Below are positions 38,854 to 49,100 of a stretch of 53,456 nt of DNA, one piece after another. The translations under genes and the position numbers were made by a program. Within the stretch, counting starts at the first letter, position 1, and the number at the start of each line of letters is the position of its first letter. Below the pieces are notes generated by a model. That model was given only the letters and a program-made list of their open reading frames with translations, ran no database searches and was not told the origin of the DNA. Location of the stretch: assembly GCA_030697685.1 (NCBI GenBank), contig JAUYPF010000035.1:1-53456 (forward strand), in the 5' to 3' direction. Source of the DNA: a bacterium (GTDB taxonomy: Archaea; Nanobdellota; Nanobdellia; SCGC-AAA011-G17; GW2011-AR17).

Positions 38854-39810
38854 TTACTTTTTAAAGACAACAACAGAATACGATAAATTGTTTGTAGAAA
38901 CTTCCCTTTCCTCAACAATCTCTAATCCTTCACACATACTTTTGAATAACACTAAATGTGGAGCAATACAAACGACTCTCCCTTTTTTCTTTAAAATAAA
39001 AGAAACATGATAAAAAAAGTCTTTATACAGATTCTTCACTTCATTTTCACGCAAAGTTTTCGAAACAAAAGGTACAGCTGTGACAACACAATCCACTTCT
39101 TCTTCACCAAACTTTGTATCTAGCCATTCTGTTTCTATACGAGAAACTTGCAAATCTTTTCGTACTTTCGCTAAAGTTGCATTAATTTCAGTACTTCGTA
39201 CATTCGGAAAAAGAGAATCATACGCAATGACTTTTCCTTTTTTATAAATCAAAGCTTCAATAGAAATAATACCATCTCGACAAAAAGGATCAAGAAGGAT
39301 TTTCTTTGCATTATATCCAGAAAGTCGCACTAAACCATATGCAATACAAGCATTGAGAGATTGATTATGAATTTTTACACGATATTTTCTTTTAGAAAGT
39401 AATTCAGGAGTTTGATCTACTCCAACAAATATTTTTTCATCAATAATATCTATAAAAACAATACTCTTAGGATTCTTTAAATCAACACTATTTCCTCCTT
39501 TGTGAAATTTTTCTCCAATAATTTTTTCTACATCCTGAGAGTTAAAACTTTGTTCACCAAATCGAGAGCAAACAACACGAAAAGGGGTTATTACCGAAAA
39601 GACTTTGATCTCTTTAAGATCAGAACACTCTTGTTGCAAAGAATAAACTTTTATAATACTCTGTGTTTTTTTCAATAATTTAGCTAAACTACTCGTAGAA
39701 AAGAGAACTCGTCCTGGAAGAACTACTTTTGAAAGTACATCAAGAATTTCTTTAATCTCTTTCTGAGTAATATCCTCCAATCCTTTAGGACAAATGGCAA
39801 TGTATTTCAT
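38854..39810 (-). CDS. THUMP-domain RNA methyltransferase-like protein (Trm11/Trm14 family)
   Basis: THUMP FRV...VDLKNP, LSKRKYRV, LLDPFC. Confidence 0.8.
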   Translation of the reverse strand: MKYIAICPKGLEDITQKEIKEILDVLSKVVLPGRVLFSTSSLAKLLKKTQSIIKVYSLQQECSDLKEIKVFSVITPFRVVCSRFGEQSFNSQDVEKIIGEKFHKGGNSVDLKNPKSIVFIDIIDEKIFVGVDQTPELLSKRKYRVKIHNQSLNACIAYGLVRLSGYNAKKILLDPFCRDGIISIEALIYKKGKVIAYDSLFPNVRSTEINATLAKVRKDLQVSRIETEWLDTKFGEEEVDCVVTAVPFVSKTLRENEVKNLYKDFFYHVSFILKKKGRVVCIAPHLVLFKSMCEGLEIVEEREVSTNNLSYSVVVFKK

Positions 39811-40754
39811 TTTGCAAGATAAATGTTATTCTTGGTTTCTAATATCTTCACATTTATTAAATCTCCCTCATTTTTTGTACAATCCTTCACAGTAACAGTC
39901 CTTCCTCTTCCTACAGCAATCATTTGATCCTTAAACCATCCTTTTAATCTCACTTCTAATTTTACTCTTTCTCCTTTTTTAAAAACTTCCTCTACACGTG
40001 AAGCTTTATGAATTCCCAAATCTTTTGCAGTAACTTGTAAAGATAATCCAAACTCCTTCTCCCATTTTTTAATTTGAGAATAAAATTGATACCAACTTTG
40101 AGCTTTTATTTTCTCATGCTTTCGTGAATAAGCATATACTTCATATTTTTGTATTCCTAAAAAATAATCTTTCTCTTTTGCATATTGAATAATCTTTGGT
40201 ATCTCTGTATCATTAACTCCAGGAATCCACACAGGGCACAAACGAACAATAATACCTTTCTTCTTATATCTTTCTCCAAAATCTTTCACTTTGTCTATAT
40301 CCATACAAGGAGAGTTTGCTAATTTCCTCGCAAGAATAGGATCAATTGCATGAAATGAAAGATTCACCACATCAACATTGATATCCTTCCATATCGTCCC
40401 ATTTGTTTGTATAGAGATTTTTTTCACACATTGGATTTCACGCAATCCTTCAACTAATTTTTCTAACTGAGGATAACAAAAAGGCTCTCCTACAGAATCA
40501 ATATTAATCTCCACATCATTTCCTTTCAATGCAACAACCTTTCCTACTTCTTCTAATAAATAATCGCAATCTACTTCATAAAAAACCTTGTGCTGCTGAG
40601 AAAACATTCCACCATCTACGGAACAAAACGTACAATTGATATTACACACTGACGTAGCACGCACTTGCAAAAGATTCGTTCCTCTGTCAATGATTCCAAA
40701 CGCAATATTTCCAAAAAGAGGAATGCCACTTTCCCGAGATATATGAATAAGCAT
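39807..40754 (-). CDS. Radical SAM protein with C-terminal TRAM domain (conserved archaeal family)
   Basis: FGIIDRGTNLLQVR, CNINCTFCSVD, GEP, C-terminal TRAM-like beta barrel. Confidence 0.88.
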   Translation of the reverse strand: MLIHISRESGIPLFGNIAFGIIDRGTNLLQVRATSVCNINCTFCSVDGGMFSQQHKVFYEVDCDYLLEEVGKVVALKGNDVEINIDSVGEPFCYPQLEKLVEGLREIQCVKKISIQTNGTIWKDINVDVVNLSFHAIDPILARKLANSPCMDIDKVKDFGERYKKKGIIVRLCPVWIPGVNDTEIPKIIQYAKEKDYFLGIQKYEVYAYSRKHEKIKAQSWYQFYSQIKKWEKEFGLSLQVTAKDLGIHKASRVEEVFKKGERVKLEVRLKGWFKDQMIAVGRGRTVTVKDCTKNEGDLINVKILETKNNIYLAK

Positions 40755-40776
40755 AGTCTTTCTGTCGATAAGAGCT

Positions 40777-42546
40777 TTATAAAGCTTTCTTACTCAAATC
40801 TTCTAACGCATCAAGCATAACTTCAATAGCAACAAATCCTCGATTCCAAAAAGCTTCTGACTCTAAATCAATACCTAACTCCAAAGCAATCTCTTTCGGA
40901 CTCTTCGAACCACCATAAGAGAGAAATTTCAAATATTTTGGAACAAAAGCCTTCCCTTCTTTTTTATACATTGCATACAAAGCAAGAGTAAGTAAATTTC
41001 CAAAACTATAACTATAACAATAAAAAGGACTATTATATATGTGAGGAATATACAACCACTCATACTGAAAATTCTTTGAGACTACAACAGAACTTCCAAA
41101 TTGTTCTTCTAAATTCGCTAAATACAATGCAGAAAGTTGGTCAATGGTCGCACCTTTTTCTACTGCTTCATGTGCTTTTTTCTCAAAAAGAACAAAATAA
41201 CTTTGTCTAATTATAGTTGCATACATATCATCTAACTTTGACATGAGCAATGCTTGTTTACTCTGAACATTCTTTTCATCTTCTAATAATTTCTCTGTCA
41301 AAAGCATCTCCGCAAACACAGATGCAGTCTCTGCAAAAACAAGAGGTGGATGAGAAAGAAGAGATACCTGTTTTTTCGTCAACAAATCATGCACACCATG
41401 TCCCAACTCATGCGCAAGCGTAGAAACATCTCTCTCCATACCAAGATAATTAATCAAAACATAAGGAGTGTGTCCAGCGACATCATAACAATAAGCACCA
41501 TGCATTTTTCCTTCTTGAATAAGCGAATGCACATGTTTTTCTTCTAAGATTTTTCTTCCCATGACTTCCATTTGTGGTGAAAAGTGTCTATAAGAATCTA
41601 AAACAACAGTCACTGCATCAGAAAAACTTCTTTTCTTTTCTTTAACAAAAAAAGGTGCATAAAGGTCATAGCGAGTCATTTTTTTCATCTTCAAAAGTTT
41701 TGTTTTCAAGAGAAAATAACGATGAAACACAGAAATATTTTTTTGCACAGAAGCAAGCATGACTTCAACAGCCTTATCAGAAATATTATTTCCTAAATTT
41801 CTTGGAGAAATAGGCTTAGCATATCCTCGTAAAGTCAAAAAGTCATTCTTCCAATCACTTACAATAAGTTTATAGAGTTCACCAAGCATATCTTTATTCT
41901 GTGCATACTTCTCTAAAAGAAGCTCATAGGCTTGTTTTCTTTCTGCAGCAGAAGAGCTTCGTACATACACAGTCAACTGCTCTTTATTCAATTTCTTCAC
42001 TTTTTTCCCAACATAAAAATCATACGAAAAGGACGTTGTCATCAAACTATACAAAGTAAAGAATGCACTTGACCCAGTAGTCTCTTTCAAAAGAAGTATT
42101 TGTTCCTCTTTCTCACTAAGAGTATAAGGTTTTTCTAATAACAACTTCTGAAAATAATAACGATACTCTCCTGCACCTGCAATGATCTTTTGAGCAGATT
42201 TCTCATCCAAAGACTTAAACCAAATATGAAAAAACAAAATCCTATTTCCAACAGCAGCAGTAAATTGCTTCATCCTATCTTGAAAAGCTCGTGCTTCTTG
42301 GGATTTTGTATTCTCAGAAAACCAAAGGTAAGAATAACAAATTAAAACAGAACATCGCTGCTCTACAGATTCAATGTCCTTCAACAAAAGAATAATTTTT
42401 TGAAGAGAAAAAGAATCTAACTGCATTCGTGAACTCTCAATAGCAACAATATTCGTTTCTAATTTTTTTAAAAAAGCATCAAAATCTTTTCCTTGAGGAG
42501 CTTTAAACAAATGTGTAAGATCCCAAGAAGATTGTACATAAGCCAT
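40777..42546 (-). CDS. pepF: Oligoendopeptidase F (M3B)
   Basis: WDLT, TLAHELGHGVH, AETAS, WLYIPH, FYCYSY. Confidence 0.95.
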   Translation of the reverse strand: MAYVQSSWDLTHLFKAPQGKDFDAFLKKLETNIVAIESSRMQLDSFSLQKIILLLKDIESVEQRCSVLICYSYLWFSENTKSQEARAFQDRMKQFTAAVGNRILFFHIWFKSLDEKSAQKIIAGAGEYRYYFQKLLLEKPYTLSEKEEQILLLKETTGSSAFFTLYSLMTTSFSYDFYVGKKVKKLNKEQLTVYVRSSSAAERKQAYELLLEKYAQNKDMLGELYKLIVSDWKNDFLTLRGYAKPISPRNLGNNISDKAVEVMLASVQKNISVFHRYFLLKTKLLKMKKMTRYDLYAPFFVKEKKRSFSDAVTVVLDSYRHFSPQMEVMGRKILEEKHVHSLIQEGKMHGAYCYDVAGHTPYVLINYLGMERDVSTLAHELGHGVHDLLTKKQVSLLSHPPLVFAETASVFAEMLLTEKLLEDEKNVQSKQALLMSKLDDMYATIIRQSYFVLFEKKAHEAVEKGATIDQLSALYLANLEEQFGSSVVVSKNFQYEWLYIPHIYNSPFYCYSYSFGNLLTLALYAMYKKEGKAFVPKYLKFLSYGGSKSPKEIALELGIDLESEAFWNRGFVAIEVMLDALEDLSKKAL

Positions 42547-42588
42547 ACTTTAAAAAAAGACCTACTATTTATATGCCTTCCCTCATCT

Positions 42589-42628
42589 TACCCTTTAATA
42601 GTATTAATAAAAAATAAAGGGTAAAGCT
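42589..42628 (+). repeat. Palindromic site TACCCTTTA-N17-TAAAGGGTA-AAGCT, copy 1 (upstream of fic, abutting its TATA)
   Basis: Read directly; direct repeat of 43659-43698. Confidence 0.9.
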
Positions 42629-42655
42629 TATAAAAGGCAAGAACCACCTAAAACT

Positions 42656-43657
42656 ATGGTATATATCTATAAAAAGAAAAGTGGAGAAAAAAACTACTAT
42701 TATCTACGAGCTTCACAAAAGAAAGGGAAAAAAACAATCGTCAAAGACATTGCATATTTAGGAACAACAATAGAAGAGGTAGAACAAGCAATCATAAAAC
42801 TTCCTAAATGGGAGAAAGAAATTAGAAAAGCATATCACACTATCAATAATTTTCTCAAATCAAACCATTACAAAGAGAAAGCAAAAAAAGAAAAAAGAAA
42901 AAAAGATGAATACCTAGAACAAGATCTCTTACTGGAAATAGAAGCTACAAAAATACATTTTCAATCAGTATTCAAAAAGAAAAACACACTCACACAAAAA
43001 GAAACAATAAAAATTTTTACCATTGAGTTTGCATTCAACACTACTTCTCTAGAAGGAAACACAATAAAACTACAAGAAGCAAAAATATTACTTGAAGAAG
43101 GATTAACACCTAAGAATAAAACTCTCAGAGAAGTTTATGATCTTCAAAACACGGAAGAAGTACTTGTAGAAGTAATTTCTGATAAAGAAGATCTCAGCCA
43201 TGAGAAAATACAGGATATACACCTTAAGCTCATGAAGAATATTGACGAGAGAAAGGGCTATAGAAGAGAAGAAGTCAGAGTCTTCAAATCAAATTTTGAT
43301 GCAAGTCCAGCACCTTATGTCAAAACAGATATGGATCTTCTTCTCAAATGGTACAACGAAAATAAAAAAAAGCTCCACCCCTTGATTCTTGCAGGGATAT
43401 TTCATCATAAATTTGAAAAAATACATCCATTTATGGATGGAAATGGAAGAACAGGAAGAATGCTACTCAATAAGATTCTACTTTTGAATGAATACCCACC
43501 GCTCATTATTAGAAAAAAAGAAAGAAAAGGGTATATCCAAGCATTAAGAGAAGCAGATAAAAGCAACCCTTTAGAAAGAGAGAGAAAAAACTATGCCAGC
43601 CTCAATCAGTTTTTAGGAAAAGAACTCATAAGCAGTTATTGGGATATATTTCTCTAA
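42656..43657 (+). CDS. fic: Fic family protein (class II) with a basic N-terminal beta-hairpin domain
   Basis: HPFMDGNGRTGR; inhibitory motif TTSLEGN; N-terminus YIYKKKSGEKNYYYL...IAYLG. Confidence 0.93.
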   Translation: MVYIYKKKSGEKNYYYLRASQKKGKKTIVKDIAYLGTTIEEVEQAIIKLPKWEKEIRKAYHTINNFLKSNHYKEKAKKEKRKKDEYLEQDLLLEIEATKIHFQSVFKKKNTLTQKETIKIFTIEFAFNTTSLEGNTIKLQEAKILLEEGLTPKNKTLREVYDLQNTEEVLVEVISDKEDLSHEKIQDIHLKLMKNIDERKGYRREEVRVFKSNFDASPAPYVKTDMDLLLKWYNENKKKLHPLILAGIFHHKFEKIHPFMDGNGRTGRMLLNKILLLNEYPPLIIRKKERKGYIQALREADKSNPLERERKNYASLNQFLGKELISSYWDIFL

Positions 43658-43658
43658 C

Positions 43659-43698
43659 TACCCTTTAAAATAATATTCTAAAAATAAAGGGTAAAGCT
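43659..43698 (+). repeat. Palindromic site TACCCTTTA-N17-TAAAGGGTA-AAGCT, copy 2 (1 nt after the fic stop)
   Basis: Read directly; same arms and spacer length as copy 1. Confidence 0.9.
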
Positions 43699-45382
43699 AT
43701 TTTTTCGCTGTATGATATGCTAAAAATATATGGTACAATTCCTTTGCATTCAACACATGGTCTAAAGAAATCTTATCTCGAGAGATAAAAAACGCATCAC
43801 ACTGCCTTCCCCCTATAGAATCATGTGAACCAAAATGGAAATGTTCAAAAGCTATAATTCTCTCCCCATCAAAAGCACCATTGATAATCAAATCTCCAGA
43901 ATATTTCAACTCCGCAAAATATTTTATTTGCTTGACTAATTTTTTCTCATCACCATATTTTTGTAAAAATCTTTCTCCAACAAACTTCACATCTTTATCA
44001 GTGAGGATAACTTTTCCTTTTGCATGAAGAACAATAATATCCTTGCCTTCTTTCCCAATAGCAAAACCAACACCAGGATGCCCAACAAGTTTCTCCACAA
44101 AGCCAGGATATTTTTTTTCAATCTCAGAAATGTCACAACGATGAGCACTATCGGTAAAATACATCTGTGCTAAAGAAGAAGAATAAAGCATCAAAATTTG
44201 CTTTCTATTCTTCCAATCTATGCTAGGGTCTTTATGTTCCTTACGTAATTGTCTTCCCATATATTTCAATAAAGCATGTATTCCTATGCGCAAAGGAAAA
44301 GACATGTGTTCATAATAATAATGCAACTTATAGTAGATATATTTCATACGACTACTTCGTTCATCTTGATCTGAATGCAAACCTTTCGTAGGAAGATGAC
44401 TAATTCTCTCCACAAAAGTTTCAAAACTTTCATAATAAAGTCGATCAAAAGGAATCGCAGGAACTTGCCCATGATCGGAAAGCACATAGAAGTCATATTC
44501 ATTTTTTCTCGCAACTTTATACATTCGACGAAGATCTGCATCAATCCCCTTAAGCAAAGTAAATGCACTCAAAGAATTAGGTCCTCGATAATGCGAAATC
44601 CAATCATATCCTCCATAGGTAAGATAAATACAAGGGACATTTCTTTGCATTTCTAATAGTGCTGTTTCAGTAGAAATCTCTCTCACTGTAGCATTAATAA
44701 AAGTACGAAAAAAAGGGAAATAAGGAAAGATGAATGGCCAATTAAAATGTTTATTATACAAAAGACCTTTCAAAATCTCTAAAGAACTTTCATAAAGCTC
44801 CACACAAAATTCTATACAACTAGAAAAAATAACTTTTGTCGTTGCAAAAGGATTGAGAAGAATAAGCGCTAGAATATCTCTCAAATTTTTTTGTCCTGTT
44901 TCGGTTTTATAGAGATGAGCCACAGTAATTATAGAACGTGCAGCTCCTCCACAAAAAATATTTCCTATAGATGTTCCACCAGTAAGTATACCATAATTCT
45001 TTGCACTGATTTCCTCTTCTATTGCTCGTGCACTATCAGCAGTACCCATAACATACTGCTTCTGATTTTTTTTATCAAGAAAGCGAAAACCAGGAATATT
45101 TGAATTCTCATTATACATAATACCTGCTTGCACAAAAGGAGTTGTAGAAGGGTAGCCCGGATCAAAACGAGCAACATGATAACTCTTGAGAAGTTTTGTT
45201 AAAAAAGGAATATAGCGAGTATTTCGTAATTGTTGAAGAAGAGAATAAGAAAGCCCATCTACTTGAACGATAATAAATTTTTTATGTTGATGCGAAAGAT
45301 CTTGCAGCTTGAGTCTTCTTTTAAGAAGTGCTGATCTGCTTAAGCGTTTGCGATAAAAATCCTGTACTTTTTTTCTATTCAT
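43697..45382 (-). CDS. Alkaline phosphatase superfamily (nucleotide pyrophosphatase/phosphodiesterase-like) protein
   Basis: QVDGL, PSTT, YDWISHYRGP, LSDHGQ, GSH; start 45382 avoids overlapping the tRNA. Confidence 0.85.
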   Translation of the reverse strand: MNRKKVQDFYRKRLSRSALLKRRLKLQDLSHQHKKFIIVQVDGLSYSLLQQLRNTRYIPFLTKLLKSYHVARFDPGYPSTTPFVQAGIMYNENSNIPGFRFLDKKNQKQYVMGTADSARAIEEEISAKNYGILTGGTSIGNIFCGGAARSIITVAHLYKTETGQKNLRDILALILLNPFATTKVIFSSCIEFCVELYESSLEILKGLLYNKHFNWPFIFPYFPFFRTFINATVREISTETALLEMQRNVPCIYLTYGGYDWISHYRGPNSLSAFTLLKGIDADLRRMYKVARKNEYDFYVLSDHGQVPAIPFDRLYYESFETFVERISHLPTKGLHSDQDERSSRMKYIYYKLHYYYEHMSFPLRIGIHALLKYMGRQLRKEHKDPSIDWKNRKQILMLYSSSLAQMYFTDSAHRCDISEIEKKYPGFVEKLVGHPGVGFAIGKEGKDIIVLHAKGKVILTDKDVKFVGERFLQKYGDEKKLVKQIKYFAELKYSGDLIINGAFDGERIIAFEHFHFGSHDSIGGRQCDAFFISRDKISLDHVLNAKELYHIFLAYHTAKK

Positions 45383-45464
45383 TGTTTTCCAAGAAAAAGA
45401 AAAGAAAGCTCTCTTAAAAAAGCTTACCCAAAGATTTATAAGGCATTGAAAAGTCATAATCGAC

Positions 45465-45568
45465 AGCGAGGTAGGGCAGAGAATTAAAGGAAACTTTAAG
45501 TCGTCCAATCAGGAGTGCCCGTCGGGCTCATAACCCGGAGGTCGTCGGTTCAAATCCAACCCTCGCTA
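45465..45568 (+). tRNA. Initiator tRNA-Met(CAT) with a 29-nt intron (45480-45508) at position 15/16
   Basis: A1-U72, GGG/CCC anticodon stem, CTCATAA loop; GGGC/GTCC helix with AGA and AAT bulges; intron hairpin TTAAAG-GAAA-CTTTAA. Confidence 0.92.
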
Positions 45569-45595
45569 CTTTTTTTTAAAAATATATCCTATTTA

Positions 45596-46153
45596 ATGAA
45601 AGAAAAAATCTCAAAAAAACAACTAGGCTATGTAGTAGGAGTATACTATGGAGATGGGTATATATATTATGATAAGAAATCAAGACACTATAGCATAGAG
45701 TTTTCTCTAAATTCTTTAAAAGATTTAGACATTCTTAAATTTTTAAAAGAGATACTCATAAAAGAAGGATATAATCTTTTCATTAAAAAAGATAAAAGAG
45801 GAAACTGGTTTGTAATTAAAATGTATTCAAAACAACTCTATTCTTATTTGAAAGAATACAAACTACAAAATCTCAAAAGGGAAACAAAAGATTTCAAAAT
45901 AGGATTTATTTCTGGTGTCATTGACGCAGAAGCCTATGTAGGCAATAGTACTATTGAAGTCATAAATACAGACTTAGAATTACTCAAAATCACTAAACAA
46001 ATACTTAATGAAATCAACATTAGTTCAAGTCTTAAAAAACGAGTAAGATCTAAAAAAGATACAAAAGATTCTTTCAGATTACTAGTCTCTACAAAGATCA
46101 AAAAAGCAAAGCATATCTCCCAAAAAGTTTTAAGACTATACCCTACAAAATAG
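45596..46153 (+). CDS. Free-standing double-motif LAGLIDADG homing-endonuclease-like protein
   Basis: LGYVVGVYYGDG and FISGVIDAEA, then NTDLELL; ATG 45596 lies 27 nt after the tRNA. Confidence 0.88.
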   Translation: MKEKISKKQLGYVVGVYYGDGYIYYDKKSRHYSIEFSLNSLKDLDILKFLKEILIKEGYNLFIKKDKRGNWFVIKMYSKQLYSYLKEYKLQNLKRETKDFKIGFISGVIDAEAYVGNSTIEVINTDLELLKITKQILNEINISSSLKKRVRSKKDTKDSFRLLVSTKIKKAKHISQKVLRLYPTK

Positions 46154-46191
46154 AAAGCATTATTAAACAAAAAACCTCCACAATAGAAAGG

Positions 46192-49100
46192 ATGAGGAAA
46201 AAGATTGGTATCATTATAGTATTATGTATTCTTTTACTCAGTCAAATAAATTCTGAAGATACTATTATTGAACCAGAAGTACTCAATACTTTAGAAAATA
46301 ATAACGAAGTTCAAGTAATTGTAGAACTCAAGGAACCATTACAAGAACTTTCAATACTAAAACAGCTTTCAACTGCTGATGTCGAACTCAATCATTTCTC
46401 AGGAAACTCCTACGCAGCAAAAGTCAATGAAGAAGAACTTCAAGAACTCATTAATGATCCTAATGTCAAAAGCATACAGCAAGATGAAATTTTTCATATC
46501 CTTCTCGCAGACACAGTCCCGCTCATCAACGCATCAATAATACATTCGAGACAAAATGGCACAACAAACATGACAGGTCTTGGACAAAGTGTTTGTGTGA
46601 TTGATACAGGAATAAATACAACACATCCCGGACTCGCAGGTCGCATTGTCGCCCAAAAATGTTTCTGCGCAGTCTCTGACGCAGGTTCAGGAGGTTGCTG
46701 TCCAGGAAATGTTGCAGAGAACAGCACTGCCGCAACAGACGACCAAGGCCATGGAACGCATATCTCTGGTATCGCCGCAGGGAATGGCTCAGGTATTACA
46801 GGAGTTGCACCAGAAGCATCCATTATCGCAGTAAAAGTTGCCGATGCTGCTGGTGACGCACTTTTTTCAGATATTACCTCAGCAGTAAATTGGTGTACAA
46901 GCAATGCATCAAAATATAATATTTCAGTTATTTCAATCAGTTTAGGAGGAGGTTCTTACGCTACTTCTTGTGATTCCTCCTACACATCACTCTCTTCTGA
47001 AATTAACACTGCATGGAATAACAATGTATCTGTTGTTGTCGCTTCAGGAAATTCTGGTTTCACCACAAACATGACTGCTCCTGCATGTATCAACAAAACA
47101 ATCTCAGTATCTTCAACTACAAAAGCTGACGCAATTTCTTCTTTCTCAAATAGAAACGCATTAACAGACCTCTTCGCTCCAGGCTCTTCCATTAATTCAA
47201 CAAACCTATCCAGCATCACCAAAGTTAGTTCAGGAACATCCATGTCTGCTCCTCATGTTGCTGGGGTAGTTCTCCTGATGCAACAATATAAAGAAACAGT
47301 TGAACGAAGAAATCTAACAGTCAGTGAAATAAACATGACACTTGCAACAAATGGAACAAGTATTGATGATAATGCAGGATCAGGAAGAACTTTCATTCGT
47401 GTAGACGCAAAAAAAGCAGTTACTGCTGGAGATACTCTTTTCCCACAAATAGAAAACCCAAATACAACTTCTACAACATTATTTATTTATAGCAATATTA
47501 CTTTTATTGCAAATGTCACTGATGTCAACAGGGAAACAGTATGGATTGAAGGAAACTGGTCTGGTTCTCGAGTAAACTATACCATAACAAACAAAGTAGG
47601 AGATCAATATAATTATTCTTTGCATAATAATAGTTTTACTGCAGGTCAAGTATTTCATTGGCGTATTCACGCAAATGATAGTAATAACAATGAAAATATA
47701 ACAAGCTGGTTTACAATAACCATACTTACTGGCGCACCAAGAATAACTCTCCATAATCCTAATAACCTAACAAACACAAACAATCTTTCAAACACATTTA
47801 ACTTTACTGCTATAGAAGATGTTTCTGGAAATTTTAATTGTAGTATATACATAAACAGCATAAAAAATCAAACATCAACAACCGTCTCGAATAATACACT
47901 TACAGAATTCAGACAAAATCTTACAGAAGGAACACATCTCTGGAACATTGCATGTACAGATTCTCATAATCTTATTGGCAACTCTTCACTTAGAACATTA
48001 ATTTTGGATACAACATCCCCAACATTCAACGCAGAAGGATATACATCTCTTGTAGAACTTGGTGATAATCAATCCTATTCTATTAATCTGACAGAGCTAT
48101 ATCTCAATTATGCCAACTTCTCCTATATTGGAGTAAACTACACCCTCACAAACAGCTCCACAAATTTCTCTCGAGTATGGAGAACCTTCCAAAATGGAAC
48201 AAACCTTTTTACAATCTATGCATTAGATACTGCAAGGAATCTCAACACAACAACAGGAAATTTCACAGTCAATGATACCATAACTGGTCCGAGAATTCTC
48301 AATACTCTCTATAGCAGTAGCATAACACAAAACACCACACAAAATATTACAGTCTGGGTTTTGAACAACTTTCCTCTTTCTGCAATTCTCATCAATCCAA
48401 ATGGCTCAAACTACTCCATGGCAAATAATACTGCATATAATTTCACTTTTGCATTTACTGCAACAACTTGTGGTTCACAAAGCTTCAAAATATTTTCAAA
48501 TGACACAGCCAATGCTGGGGTAACAAATACAACATCCTATACAGTAACAGGCTGTTGTGGCGACTCCTCGTGTAGTTCTGGAGAATCCTGTTCTACATGT
48601 GCAGCAGACTGTGGAGCATGTTCCACTTCAAGTTCTACAACAACAGGAGCAGGCGGAGGAGGTGGTGGAGGAGGAACAACACCAACAACAAAATCTTTAG
48701 CACCAAGTGCAGTTATAGAAGCACCAAAAATAATAACAGAAACATTTGCGGCAGCAAGCCCAGATACAGGAATCCAAATTGAACTTGTAAGTGAAAACAT
48801 TCCTATAAGCATGGTTGATATCACACTAAATAGTGCTCTAGAAAATGTAGAAGTAACAATAGAAGCACTTGATGCTCGACCTACAGAAATTGAAAGTCCA
48901 GATGGAGTTATTTATCAATATTTAAAATTTACTACAGTCAACTTAGAAAATACAGCAATTGATTCTGCAAAGCTAGAATTTTATGTTCCAAATATTTGGT
49001 TTTTAGAAAATGCTGTTAATGAAAAGACAATACAATTACTGAGATATAATGAAGAATGGCAAGAACTCCCAACAGAATATCTTCGCTTAGAAAATGCAAA

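Noticed and set aside
45515-45595. N-terminal extension of the LAGLIDADG ORF from GTG 45515
   Set aside because: Overlaps the tRNA-iMet body; ATG 45596 is more plausible
48646-48690. GGA/GGT/ACA low-complexity repeat
   Set aside because: Encodes the ordinary Gly/Thr linker of the subtilase
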